From: Phoronis australis | Taxonomy: Eukaryota; Animalia; Phoronida | Reading direction: 5' to 3' | Assembly (NCBI GenBank): GCA_002633005.1 | Contig: NMRA01000040.1 | Location: forward strand, 1,175,805-1,239,804 | DNA: 64,000 bases | Shown: in pieces, positions 12,999 through 25,042 of the stretch | How the letters are laid out: each line of letters starts with the position of its first letter | How positions within the stretch are numbered: position 1 is the first letter of the stretch | Made by a program: the position numbers and the translations under genes | Notes under the pieces: model-generated | Seen by the model: the letters and a program-made list of their open reading frames with translations, nothing else | Databases searched by the model: none | Told to the model about the DNA's origin: nothing

Positions 12999-13633
12999 TT
13001 TTTATGTGCCCACATATTTTTATAGGCACATATGTTCTTAGTGTGAAAAGAATGGTTGACAATGATTTTCCAGTGACTGTGGCACCACCTAGTGTCAGTT
13101 TTGTTTTTTTGCTGTCTTAGTTGTATTTCTTAACCCATTGCAGGATCTTTGTTAAATTTATCAAGTGTATTTATATGAAGTTGACAATGGATGACAACTT
13201 TCTGACGCATCCGACGAATGCTGTTCCACCTAGTGGCAATTAAAATTTTCCTTCTTTCCTCTGTTTCTCTGAAGTTCCTTGATGGGGCTATAGAATCTTA
13301 TTGAAATCTGACAGGTGTGTTCCTATGGGGTTGACAACAGAGGGTGATGAATTTCGGACTGACTGGATTACTGCTGTGCCACCTAGTAGCAATTTTAGTT
13401 TTTTACGTTTGACTCTTTATCTTCTAAGGTCCTCAACTGATTTTCATGAAATTTGACACAAAGGCATTTATTAATGAGGTGACACTACCCTCCCGTTTTC
13501 GGATGGATTCGATGCATTTTGCATCATCTAGTGGCCATTTTTACTATTTTCGAGTCTGTTTTTTGACATCCGCCCCTCTATCAACCAAACCACTCTAAGG
13601 ATGATTGTGAAAACTGACATGTGTGTTCTTACC
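12999..13633. repeat. Second copy of the tandem-core (HINE-like) repeat family
   Basis: Same start TTTTTATGTGCCCACATATTT...GGCACAT and same core units (CCACCTAGTGGCA, GCAGGATCTTT..TAAATTTA) as 1547-3136. Confidence 0.75.
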
Positions 13634-14729
13634 AATGAGCTATATATATGCAGACAACACGACTATACTCGCAAGCCAGACAGCACGTGACACGCGGTCC
13701 ACCATATTGATGATGAACGCTATGTAAACAGAAGCACGGTGGCCTTATAGAAGCCGGGAAATTTTCAGAATGAAATTTGAAATTTTAAATACTAACAAGG
13801 TTTAAAATATTGGTAATATAAAGCAATGGCTGTACTTTGGGAGCAATTTTTTTGGTTATACAGAATTGATTAAACGCACGACACTTTTCATTGTTGACAG
13901 TCTTTATTCCGTTACGTTCATACTTTCGGAACAAAACTCTACTCTCAACTGAACATAGATAAAGTAACTGACCTACCAGTATAGTTAAAAGGCACACGAT
14001 ATTTCGAAACATACTCGTTTCATTCTCAAGTGAACATAAAAGGGCACAGTAATGCCACCACAGAGCATAAGCTGATAACACACACAGTGGGACACGGTGG
14101 GTGTGAAATACTGCAAAGAATGACTAATGAAGGGGGGTAACAGGAACTATTTTTCAGTTGTTTAAACCGGCAAGAAGATCAGCTGTCAAGGGGGCCGCTG
14201 CATCTCCAAAGTTTTTCGTCAGTGTCTAAAAATTCCTTGACCCGACGCCACTTGATTTACACTAAGTAAAAAAATTGAATAGAAACCCATGGAAATCGAA
14301 GCTCTCACAAACAACAGTATGCGTGCATGTAAAGTCATGTCATTGTATGCAATAATTGACCAATGGAACTGTACAGGTTTGTGTACATGTGCATACGGTA
14401 TTCAGAATTGAGGGCATGGATATGTTAACATTAAGTATTTCAATGAAAAAAATATGAATGCATAAAAGACACCAACAACAACTTGTACACGCACATATAC
14501 TTTGGTTAGCCGCGTGTGCCTGTGAACAGCACTGCTTGGGCGGTCAAAGCCGGAGGTCAAAGAATGCATTTGCACAGGCCCAATTTCCCGAAAGGTGATT
14601 GGAATTGTCTACTTCAGGTTATACCAAGGAATAATAATTATATCAATATGCAGATGTTTTTTCAAAAGTAAAATGCATGTATGGGGGGCTGAGGTGTCTC
14701 AAGAAAATATTACTTTAGTGATACGCTAA

Positions 14730-15060
14730 TGCCAAAGAGCTCATTAAGTCTTTGTAGAACTCTCCTTGCAACAGACGCATTCTCCTGCAATATTGTTACA
14801 TCATCCATAAACGCCCTGAGTCTCACCTCCCCCTGGAAGTTCCTCTTCATTGACACTTCTAATAATCATCTCCATTACCATTGCAAATGAGATAGGTGAA
14901 ATGGCATATGCCATTGCTATCCCTTGCTTCAGGCTCACATACTTTGTTGAATACTTTGCTGTAATGAAACGCAGCTTGAACTGATCAAAATACAACACTA
15001 AGAAACTTAGCAACCTTTGTGGAGTATGAAAAACTCCATTGCCAGTCTCAACATGCTTTG
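14730..15060 (-). pseudogene. Non-LTR retrotransposon reverse transcriptase fragment (Hero/R2-like)
   Basis: LKQGIAMAYAISPISFAMVMEMIIR then, after a frameshift, AFMDDVTIL...LQRLNEL: RT motifs 'GI..G..ISP..F' and 'FMDD'. Confidence 0.75.
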
Positions 15061-16264
15061 TGGAACAGAAAAAGCAATACAACAATGAATGATCCGGGTA
15101 GGATAATTTTCATAAAAAGTAAATGGTACTGGTGAGAAGCATCCAAAGCAGTAAAAAGGAGTGGACCAAAAACAGAACTCTTGCTTTTGCTATTGCTTTG
15201 GCTCTGAATTTTAATAGCTCTGTGCTTGTCTTGTTTGTTCAGTACCCGGTGTTAGCAGTGGAAGAAGGACCATGTTTGTTCATACAGTCAGTGTTTCACT
15301 GGGTAATCTGATAGAAAATTTTTTACCAGTTCACACATTGTGCTGAGTAATGGCTCAAGATGCTTTTGATTCAAAATGAGATGAAAGTGTAACAGATGCC
15401 GCATCATAGCAAAATCCAGACACATGTTCCAACACTACCCTTACTTGTAAAAACAACATTAGTCCAAATCCTTATGGTACACCAGTTCTGGCTAATATCC
15501 AATTCAGAAAAATGCTGGGAGCATAAAACACTTTCAGGCTTGATTCGTCAAGCAGCTTGCACCCATTTTTTACGCAAAGATTCATCTTTGGGAAACCTGC
15601 CACAAGAAATACCAGCAAAATATGAGAAATCCCAAATCAAGAGTTCACACAAAAAATATGTATTTTTACATAAAACGACTACTATTAAAATATAGTAGAA
15701 GAGTCAATAAGTCCAGATTATTTAACACTAGTTAAGGAAGGACTTTTTATTTAGTTATTCCTATAGGTGTCTCATAAACTGCAACAGACAGTGCTACAGT
15801 CTCACTAACAGTTGAGATTGTGGCCATCACATCTCTTGGCGCGAGCAGTGTAAAAATGGTCAGTTGCCGATTTGGGCAAATGAATGAAGGACTGATCGAA
15901 AAATGTTTGATTACAGAAGAATTTCTTCCAGTTGTAAGAATTGAAAGAGATAGACAGTCTCCTAATGTGTCCTTCTGTGCACAAAAGCTATTTATATCAA
16001 CGTGACTTAGATGGTTTAATCAGTGTAAGGCATAATTCGCCGAAAAGCTTACAGCATATGAAGGCCCTATGGGAGTGCCACCGTCTCTACTGCTAAGCGG
16101 TGGCAGTGCCTAAAACTACAAAGGAGAAGGGTGTCTGTGGAAGGTAGCATAAGATTGCTTCACTACAACAATGTAAAAATGGTTAAATGTGCAGCGAGTT
16201 CTTTCTTTCTCTTTTTTACACTTCACACTCAAAGTCAAATATTTCGGGGAGACACTTATGTACA

Positions 16265-16360
16265 ATGCTCGATTGTCTGCCAGTAAAGCCAGGATTCAAA
16301 CCCGGGTCTTCCAAAAAGGAGTCCAGAGCTCAATCCACTGCAACACACCATGGGCAGCCC
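16265..16360 (-). mobile_element. tRNA-derived SINE-like head
   Basis: Minus strand GTTGCAGTGGATTGAGC ... GGGTTTGAATCCTGGC (degenerate A and B boxes). Confidence 0.5.
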
Positions 16361-16824
16361 CCCCAGCCCCCTATGGTGCACTGCCCATGCACACTGTCTC
16401 CTCGTGGGGAATCCGGAACACTGGCCATGACATAAACATAAAAGGGGACACACTGACCTCTAGAATGTAAATTAAGGACAGCTGGGAGCTAAAGGTTTAC
16501 CACTGCTACTGGACAGGCTGAACTGCATTACACAGCGTCACACTGCACAACAGACACTGCGCAATTCGGGATCATCCTTCATTAAGTAATCAATTTCGTC
16601 AATATTCAGTCACAGTGACACACATGAAACATTAATATTTAAAAGCTCCGTGGAATAGTTACCTCTGTTTTTGTAGCTTTAGTTCTTTTGTCCAGCTGTT
16701 TTTGCAGTTAAATACTACACAGTACAAAGACAGATCGACTAACTTGGTTGGTCATCAAGATGACGGACCACTACACTCATCGTAAACATGTGACTTCAAC
16801 TCTTCTATATATTATCTCATTGGT

Positions 16825-18450
16825 TCTTATTATAAAGAAGACGGTTGACTGTTATTTTCCGATGACTTCGACTACTGTGGCGCCTCCTAGTGGCAGTTTT
16901 GTTTTTTGTCTCCATACCTCTATCTGGTAAGCCCTCTGCTGGATCTTTGCTAAATTTAGCACCTGTGTTTATATGAAGTTGACAATGGAAAGATGACAAC
17001 TTTCAGACAGATTCGACGAACATTGTCCCCTAGTGGCAGTTTCATTTTTTTCCACTTTCCTCTGTTTGTCTGCAGTTCCTTGACGAATTTTCATGAAATT
17101 TGGTAAATAGCTTTGTGTTAAAGAAATGATGACATTTTTCAGTTTCCATAAGGATTTGACGTATCATGCGCCATTTTGTGGCCATTGTTACTTTTTTCTA
17201 GTCTGTTTTTGGTATAAGCCCTCTGTCAAACGAACCACTCTTAGGATGATTGTGAAAACTGGCTTATTTGTTCTTAGTGTGAAGAGGATGTTTGACGATG
17301 ATTTTCCAACAACTTCAATTACTGTGGCACCTCCTAGTGACAGTTTTTTTGCACCTGTAGCTGTATCTCCTAAGCCGTCTGCAGGATCTTTATTAAATTT
17401 AGCAAGTGTATTGATATGACGTTGGCAACGGAAGACAACAACTTTCAGACGGATCCGACTAACGCAATGCCCCCAAGTGGCAATTTCATTTGTTTCCGTT
17501 TTCCTGGCTAAAGTTTCTTGACAGATTTTCCTGAATAGGTAAATAGCTTTCTATTTTGCACCATCTAGAGGCCATTTTTATGATACAAATGAACACCCCT
17601 GGAAGCACACCGTTTGTGCTTGCTGGTCCCCTACGTGCCTAGCCAGCACGCAGATATCACCTAGTGGCACGGGCTTTAGCATTGGTTGATGTAACCTCAG
17701 CAGTCATTGGTTAGCTTTACAACACTGTGAAAAAATGGCGGACTGTGAACCGAGACAGTCTTTGGTGTGAATGATTTTTAGCCTTGTCAAGCAAATGGCG
17801 TCGCAGCAACTATTTCGTTTCTGCAGTGATGTTTAATAGCCGCAAGCTTGAACCACATAAATGTACAATAAACACATATCTGGCCAATTAACCGGTGTGT
17901 TATTCATACTGTCTGAATAAAGGACAGTATCGTAAACAAAAGTCAGCGATAGTAGAAGATGCATTCCGAAAAGGCGCAACCACAAGTTCTAGGATTCACA
18001 TTTCCTGAACATAAATTTTAAGCACCGATTGTCTGTGCAACACACCACATTTACACTTCAGTCCATTAGTCATGCCAGCAAAACTATAGACTATCTATGA
18101 TGCCAGTTTGTTTGCCTAAAGCGCTGCCTGTTGAGAATTCGACTATCCAATCAGAAATGCCAGTGTAAAAAAATTTCCCGAGGAAAATTAAGTGATACCT
18201 GTGTGCTGGCTACTGACCACCTAGCTGCACTCAGGGAACCAGTGAGACCATTTGCTCCGCATTGCTCTTGTTATGAAATTTGGTAAATAGCTTTCTATTA
18301 AAGAAGCAGTGACATGTTGCCATTTTCGGATGGATGCAATTTTTTGTGCCTTTTAGTAGCCATTTTTAGGACAAAATTAACATCCCTTGAAGCACAATGT
18401 TTGTGGTGCATTCATGTGTGCATTTGAACACTTCGTGTTGCTCTTGTTTA
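16825..18450. repeat. Third cluster of the tandem-core (HINE-like) repeat family, with an unrelated insert at about 17625-18250
   Basis: Units ACTTCGACTACTGTGGCGCCTCCTAGTGGCAGTTTTG as at 2010-2050 and 2900-2940; terminal part ...CACTTCGTGTTGCTCTTGTTT resembles 5540-5565. Confidence 0.7.
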
Positions 18451-18967
18451 ATTTGCTGTGATGACTAGTCATCAAAAAGTATATTGCAGCAGGGGACCCA
18501 TATTTTCAATTCTGGGTGCATGGAAATGACAAGTCAGTGTTATTTTCCATCATACTGTTTACATGTCACCAAGTTATCTATGATGTCATTAGGTGTTCAC
18601 AAACCAACAACTGTTACACAATGCATTTAAAAATGTCAGCAGTGCAATGAGGTAGATGAAATCGTCTATGGATAGAGCATCTTCAGGCTCCCCATTGTGA
18701 TGATCTGTGATTGGTATTGTATGGTAGTTTCCCCACTGTCTTATTGGAAACAACTTTTGAAGGGCATCAGTTGATTCTTCTATCCATTATGAGTTAATTA
18801 GTCTCCTAGAGCTAATTTGTATTTACTTGGTCTAATTAGTTACGTTGCATCAATCTTGTGTTAACATATTCCTATTGAAGTTGACACTACTGAAGATGCA
18901 GCTTACAACTTTGAAGTACTCTAGTGAAATGGATAAAACTAAGTGAAATTGTTGCATCCATCTGCAG

Positions 18968-19103
18968 GGTATGAGTAAAGCTGTGATTTGTGGACTGAAG
19001 GCTGATAAGATATATCTGGTGCATTTACAAGCAGTCTCTGAAGACGGCATCAGTCACCCAACAGCTTTCGTGGTACCTGTGAGCAAGAATCCCCCAGCAA
19101 CTA
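18968..19103 (+). CDS. ANOS1: Anosmin-1-like exon (C-terminal half of last FN3)
   Basis: ctgcag|GGTATG...CAACTA|gtaagt; 136 nt, phase 0-1; GMSKAVICGLKADKIYLVHLQAVSEDGISHPTAFVVPVSKNPPAT has the FN3 'L.....Y.V.LQAV...G.S' signature. Confidence 0.88.
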
Positions 19104-19529
19104 GTAAGTAGTCTGTTACAGTCTTGGAGGGAGAGATGTCTACTGCAACTATTAAGTAAGGCTTTTGTGTGATGTTGGTAATTTATTAAAAAATCATTGT
19201 GGGTTTTCTGCAGTATACAAAGTGGTTTTTAAAATTCCCATGTTTTGATGGTATTCATGTTCAATGATGAATGAATTTCAGACAGAGAAACATTCTTGCA
19301 GTTTCTTGCTTTGGATCATTGTCACACAAGTTAGACTCCTGTCTGAAGTCTTGTTCCCTCTCTGAAACAGTTTAAACTGTTACATTTGCTTGTGAGCATT
19401 TTGGTTGATATTGAACTTGTAGTTCATTTAATGTACTTCGTCTGCAAGAGAAGACATTTCTTTTTTGAGTTCATTGAGTACACTCTGTTGCAGACCCACA
19501 AAGGGAGTTCTCTTTTGCAGTATCGCTTT

Positions 19530-19763
19530 AATTATTTTAAAAAAATAATTGCAGGCGGTCTGGTACACGCTGTACCAGATGTGCGCAGGCCACGCATGTG
19601 GGCCCATTGCTCTAATCACCTGGAACTATTTTTACGCTTTATTAATATATAGTTAAAACCAAGCTAAGGAGCTAGAAACCTGAATCAAGGGTCTAGCAGT
19701 GGGACTCGAACTCACGACCTCGAGTAAAGAAGGTGGGTACCTATCACACTAGGCCACACTGCC
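19530..19763 (-). mobile_element. tRNA-derived SINE in the last anosmin intron
   Basis: Minus strand GGCAGTGTGGCCTAGTGTGATAGG...GGTCGTGAGTTCGAGTCCCACTGCT (A box, B box), followed by a non-tRNA body and an AT-rich tail. Confidence 0.7.
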
Positions 19764-19933
19764 TCCTCATCACTTTAATTTGTACTCTTTGATTATTACT
19801 TTGCAAAGTTCCCTCAAGTGACTGGAATTGCTTGTAATTTCAGTCATCTTGAGTGGCTGTCCATTTTGTTTATAGTGCTGAAAACAGTTTCCTTTAGGAA
19901 TACCTAATTTATCACGTTAATGTTTACTTTCAG

Positions 19934-20070
19934 CAAAGAAAACACCACAGATTACAGTCAGGTTGTCCAATACAGCAAATGAACATTCACTATCAGTGGT
20001 GATGATTTGTCTGTTTCTAATGATGCAGCTACATGTAACTTGCAACATTCCTACCAGGGGGGCAGCCTAA
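19934..20070 (+). CDS. ANOS1: Anosmin-1-like terminal coding exon with hydrophobic C-terminal segment
   Basis: tttactttcag|CAAAGA...GCCTAA; phase 1; (T)KKTPQITVRLSNTANEHSLSVVMICLFLMMQLHVTCNIPTRGAA*. The seven exons sum to 987 nt and form an open frame. Confidence 0.72.
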
Positions 20071-21144
20071 TACAATGCAATGGTTGACATTTCTCTGTGA
20101 GTGGTGAAGCTCATGATGTCTACAAGGGTTGAGGTTACAACTTAATGCTATAAGTGGAAAATTAGGCCAAAGATGTTTGAACAGTCGCTGGCCAACAGCA
20201 ACCACAATGTGCACTTGATTGTTTCTAGAGATTTTGATAAACTGTAGACTTAGGGTCGGTTTTTCTCATTTTCTGCTGTTAAAAGTATCAGTTTTTGGTT
20301 GTCTGATATTTGTTTCTGGTACATTTTGATTTGAATCGCAGCTTGGTGCCTAGTGTTTCTGGTTTAAATCAGTTGTGAGGTGGCACTGAGGCAGTCATTT
20401 TCTCTTTACAGAGTTGTAGCTCTGGTGTGCTGAGACTGATGTTTTCAAATTTGTAGATAAATTTCTTGTTCGGAGCTACAAGTATAGTGTGTTACCAGTA
20501 TTCATTTCTCATTCTGTTCCTTGGTTATTTGAGTGTTTTATTGGCGTATCATTTTTTTATTCTTGTCATTTGTATATTTGACTTTGTACAAGCCTTTGTT
20601 TCTTTATCAGTTTTGTCATTAATATTTGACAACGATGATGTTGTCATTGTGAGGTTGTTGCTGTCGGTTGCGTCATAGTGCTCGGCCTCATCAGTGTCTG
20701 GTGGCATTATTGTCATCTGCTATGTAGCCAATGTTGGCATCATCATTTTCATTGTCGCTGACATCAATAATAATGACTTTGTGATTGTTGTTGAAGTGTC
20801 AGTCTTGCCGATAGTCCACTGTGTTCTGTCATCCTGTGCATCTGTGTTGCGGTTGTGAGCGTTGCTGTCACTGGTGTTGCATACTTTGTCAGTGTCTTTC
20901 CTTTTTCAATCAAATTTGCCAAAATGTTGCACCTCAAAGCACTTTCTGTTTTCTTACTGTTCTGACCCCTGGATTGTTATTTTTATTGACAAGTTGTTGG
21001 TATCACTCCCCAGATATAAGCCACAATACTGTTATCAATTTGTACTTGACTAATTGCAATTTGTACATATAATGTATAGACTTTGAATTGCTTCATCCCA
21101 CACTGCTAGTCTGTGTATATAAATATATAAACACTATGTTAATT

Positions 21145-21237
21145 AATAAAGTACATTATTGTGTAAAATATGTTAATAGTTACTATTCACCAAACTGTAT
21201 TTCTTTGTAAATACAGAGCGCTGTTCTGAATAATAAA
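21145..21237 (+). promoter_or_regulatory. Candidate polyadenylation signals of the anosmin-like gene
   Basis: AATAAA at 21145-21150 and 21232-21237, ~1.1 kb after the stop codon, following a U-rich 3'UTR-like region. Confidence 0.45.
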
Positions 21238-22435
21238 GCTGATCATTTCATGTGCTCTTAAACCTATGTTGTATTTTTACCTCATTATGATGCCACCAAT
21301 CTGTAGAACAAAAGTCTCACTATTACATTAAATCCCAGAGCTATGAGGACTAGCAATGTGAAAGGATGGTGTAACATGTTATCTCTTAGATGAACAGAAT
21401 AAAGTAACAGTTGGACGTTCCGATTGGTTGGATATTGAGAAATACAAAAGTACACTGCTCAATCTATAGAGAAATGCCTTGGTGGCTTGAGGCTGCTGTA
21501 ACTAGAAGAACACTCCTATGAAGTTCATGATTTCAGACTTGCTTACTCATAACTGTGTTAGACTGTTTTTTGAGAACTTGTAGGTATTTAGAGCAGTGTA
21601 AGAAACTGTTGAAAAGGGACTGAATGTAAATTTTGGTTTGAAATTGGTGAAATTATGCCACATACTCTCAACAAGGACCGTTACTCCTTCTGAAGGCCAT
21701 CAATTTAAATTGAGGGTCAAATGTATCAAAAATGTCATTGTTTATTTTCTGAAGGCTGTCTGCTGAGTGTCCTTATTGTCTATTTGCCTATTGCGAGCTG
21801 TTACTGGCTCTAAGCACTACTACGTCATCCTATCTTTTCAGTACATATATCTCATGTATATTATCATTCGAAATACACCAGATATTTTCATAGCCCAAAT
21901 TACACACCGAAAATGTTTTTTTATTATATCTGCTTTGTGATATTCTCATTAGAGGAGAACGGCAGTCCCTTTATGCCTCTACATATACATCATAAACTTA
22001 CTGTCATCTCTGTCTGAGCGTCCTAAGTCCTAAGTACCTCTTGAATGATAATTTTGCTAAAGTTGCAATTTTGGTTTTCCTTGCGTTTGTTTCATTGATA
22101 TTTATCAAGTTCCTTGATGCATGTTCATGAAATTTGACCAATAGGTTTCTATCACGTAGACGACAGCACAAGCCTTTATTCAGATGCAGTGGGGGATCTA
22201 GGATATCACAAGGGGGGCCCAACATTTTGTCTGAAAACATTTGTCCAAAGCACGATTAGATACGCATAGCACTGAATGGGGGAGGTCGAGAGGGGCCCCC
22301 CCTCCGTCCAGGAAAATTTTTCTGTTTTCTCTAAAAATCAAGCATTTTCCTTGATTCCTGAACTATCATCCAAGAAAAATAGGCAAAGAAAAGAAAAAAA
22401 ATTGGAAAACGTGTCAAACATAAAAACTGCAATTA

Positions 22436-22500
22436 TCACAGAGTCGAACTCACAACCTGGCGGATGGAGCGCGCGTGCTTTACCACTGCACCACCAGGAT
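22436..22500 (-). repeat. tRNA-like pseudogene or SINE head
   Basis: Minus strand TGGTGGTGCAGTGGTAAAGCAC...GTGAGTTCGACTC; no good acceptor stem. Confidence 0.5.
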
Positions 22501-23639
22501 TTCACTCGTAATTTGGTAATAAGAGACCTACTTGTTTATGGTCCACAGTGTTCGCGCGAAACCTACTTCTTTTTGTAATGCTTATTACACTTTTTATATT
22601 TTGTACAATCAGTTCGTAACAAATTTGTTGTATTTAAAATAGTCTTCAATTGCCCAAAAGACCAAATCCATTTTTTGTGTTGGCATTAATGACACGATTG
22701 CTTTGGAAATCATCTTAAGTTAAGGTTTGACAAAGAGAGAATTATGAGTTTCTGAGTGATTCACTAAGGCTTCGACTAAAATTCACATCTTATCAGCAGC
22801 TTCTGCTTTTTTATCGTCAATCAGATTCCATTTTCTTCAAGAAAATGAAGTAATTTTCTTCACTGCACAGGAAAGTAGACTACGGAAACGGAGTTGTAGT
22901 GTGCAGCGCCACTGCCGGTGGCTCGGTGGGCCAGAATTTGTAGGGCCTCTAGAAAATGGTTTTTGTGAGTACTTTAGGGGAGCAAGTTTATTTTGGTGTT
23001 TTTTAATTCATTTATTATAGTGTTTTCAAAATCTAAAAAGTTCCCACATATAAAGTTGGACATTTTTGAGAAATTTGAGTTTGAAGTTACCTAATAATCA
23101 CCAAAGAGCTTAGTAAACTTATATTTGTAAAAACAACAGTTTTGGTGACTTTTTTTGTAAAACAAGTAATATGGTCCCACCAGTGCCATTGTATTGAACA
23201 ATATTACACTCACATTACATGTTTTACTATTGTAGATTAATTGTAAACAGAGAAATTTAAAAAATGTAAAGAGACACCTAGTGACAAAAAATGCAAACTG
23301 AATGTTACTAGGGAGTTATTCTGGCATTGTCTGGCAACAAAAATAACACAAAACACTTGAGACTGGGCACAATTTGTGCCTCAATGACTAAAACATTGAC
23401 TAATGGTGTAAAATACAGCTTGTTTGCATAATACACCAGAAATATGTTATAGTACAAAAACAATATAGTTGAATGACTGATAGACTGTATGAAAATAATA
23501 GATTCTGACAGCGTTTATCAAGCAGTATGAGACAAATACATGACAACGATCAAAGTATGTACTTTCTATGACTTAATCAACAAATAAAATTAACTTTTTA
23601 ATACAAAAAAGGAAATAACGGGGTTGGGGGTCTATTTGG

Positions 23640-23990
23640 GGTTGACTTGTCAAAGAACTATCCAATGTTATGCAGTCAGTGTTGCTGATGTTACTACAGT
23701 TGTCACAGCTGCACATTTCTGTACAGTTTGACCCAGCATTGCAGCACAAACTCAGTTTCCCAGCACACATGTTCTTTTTGCACTTGCAGCATTCATAGTT
23801 TAGTACTGTCGACAGAGATGCGGGCATTGCCATACATTTTACCTGCAAAGCTCCACCGCCAAGATGCCAACTACAGTCGATTAGAGAAGGTACAGCACTG
23901 CACACTGGTGATTGGCCCGCAGGCAATGAAGGGTCAAACACTAAGTCCTTGTTTGGAGGCGGGCAGGATTTGGGCAAACGTTTGATTCAA
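23640..23990 (-). pseudogene. Academ-like DNA transposase C-terminal relic with tesmin/CXC-type Cys cluster
   Basis: PPNKDL...PSLIDCSW...L....M......VL..ECCKCKKNMCAGK.SLCCNAGSNCTEMCSCDNCSN matches the 'LPP...P...GW...C.C...C...C.C.....CT..C.C..C.N' ending of this family; disrupted upstream. Confidence 0.65.
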
Positions 23991-25042
23991 AATATGCTAT
24001 AATGGGCTGTGTTAGTTAGAGTCAGCAAGTGAATTATTGAACACTAACCTCAATTCACTTTCGTATCTCTTAGTCCGGCACAAACTACAACAGTGAGTAG
24101 CTTCAACAATATTTCTTAAGATTGCCTGTCTAAATAACTTCATGCACACCAGCTTTCTGAAGAACAGCTTCAAAGTCTTGCTTTAGTTTTGAAAGGCAAA
24201 TGACATCTCCATGTGTTAGAAGCTTTGATTCAAACATCTCTGAAAACTGTGGATTCGTCACTCTTCACAATCGTTGTCGTTCTATTTTTTATAGCATGAT
24301 GATCTGTGTTACTTGGCTTCTAAGACACAAGGTCTTTATCTTTGAATCTCATTTGCATATTCAGGGTTCTGGACTGAGCTGTTACTTGCGATTCAAGTCC
24401 AACTGAAAAAAACCTGAACTGTTAACACTAATTTAACATTCAAATATGAGTGAGTTGGCATGCAACTTTTTCAGACGGACTTATATCAGGAACTGATCCA
24501 CCACCAGCCTAACAAATTTACATGCCATCTGATCTGTCGCCTAAAAATGTTGATCGTCTAATAATTAGATTAGTTGATGCAACTGAAAATAAATCGGCTG
24601 ACATACCAGTGCAGTGATTGAAATTTAATTTTTTTAAATCAGATGCTCAAACCATAGTCAATCGATTTACACTTAAGGTAATCGACGTTTGACGAAATGG
24701 ACAGTGGCTTCCATCGTCTTCAAATTACGACTGCGACAATGGCCACTTAGGCACTTTAATTTAATTATCATTACAGCTACCTAAGTAATTAATATTTACA
24801 AAATATTGAGAAGAGGTTCCCCTATCCCAGGACTACAGCAGGGGATGATGGCCACTTGGGCATGTTGTTTGCAACCATCTACTACATTTAACCTTCTCAA
24901 AAATTTTTGATTTAAAGTGCTTTAAAATCACACCTACAGTATAACAAACGCCATATGATTATCCCTTAGCACAGTGTCGATGTAGCAACTGATCAATGGA
25001 GTGTTCAAAAAACAGGATTGCAGGAGTATTTGTTTAAACTGG

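Noticed and set aside
16390-16432. HDV-like ribozyme suggested by CTCCTCGTGG
   Set aside because: Could not build the P1/P2 nested pseudoknot or find the J4/2 catalytic C motif
19695-19763. Functional tRNA gene (also 6480-6550, 8460-8530, 22436-22500)
   Set aside because: A and B boxes present but cloverleaf stems are broken and the sequences continue into repeat bodies
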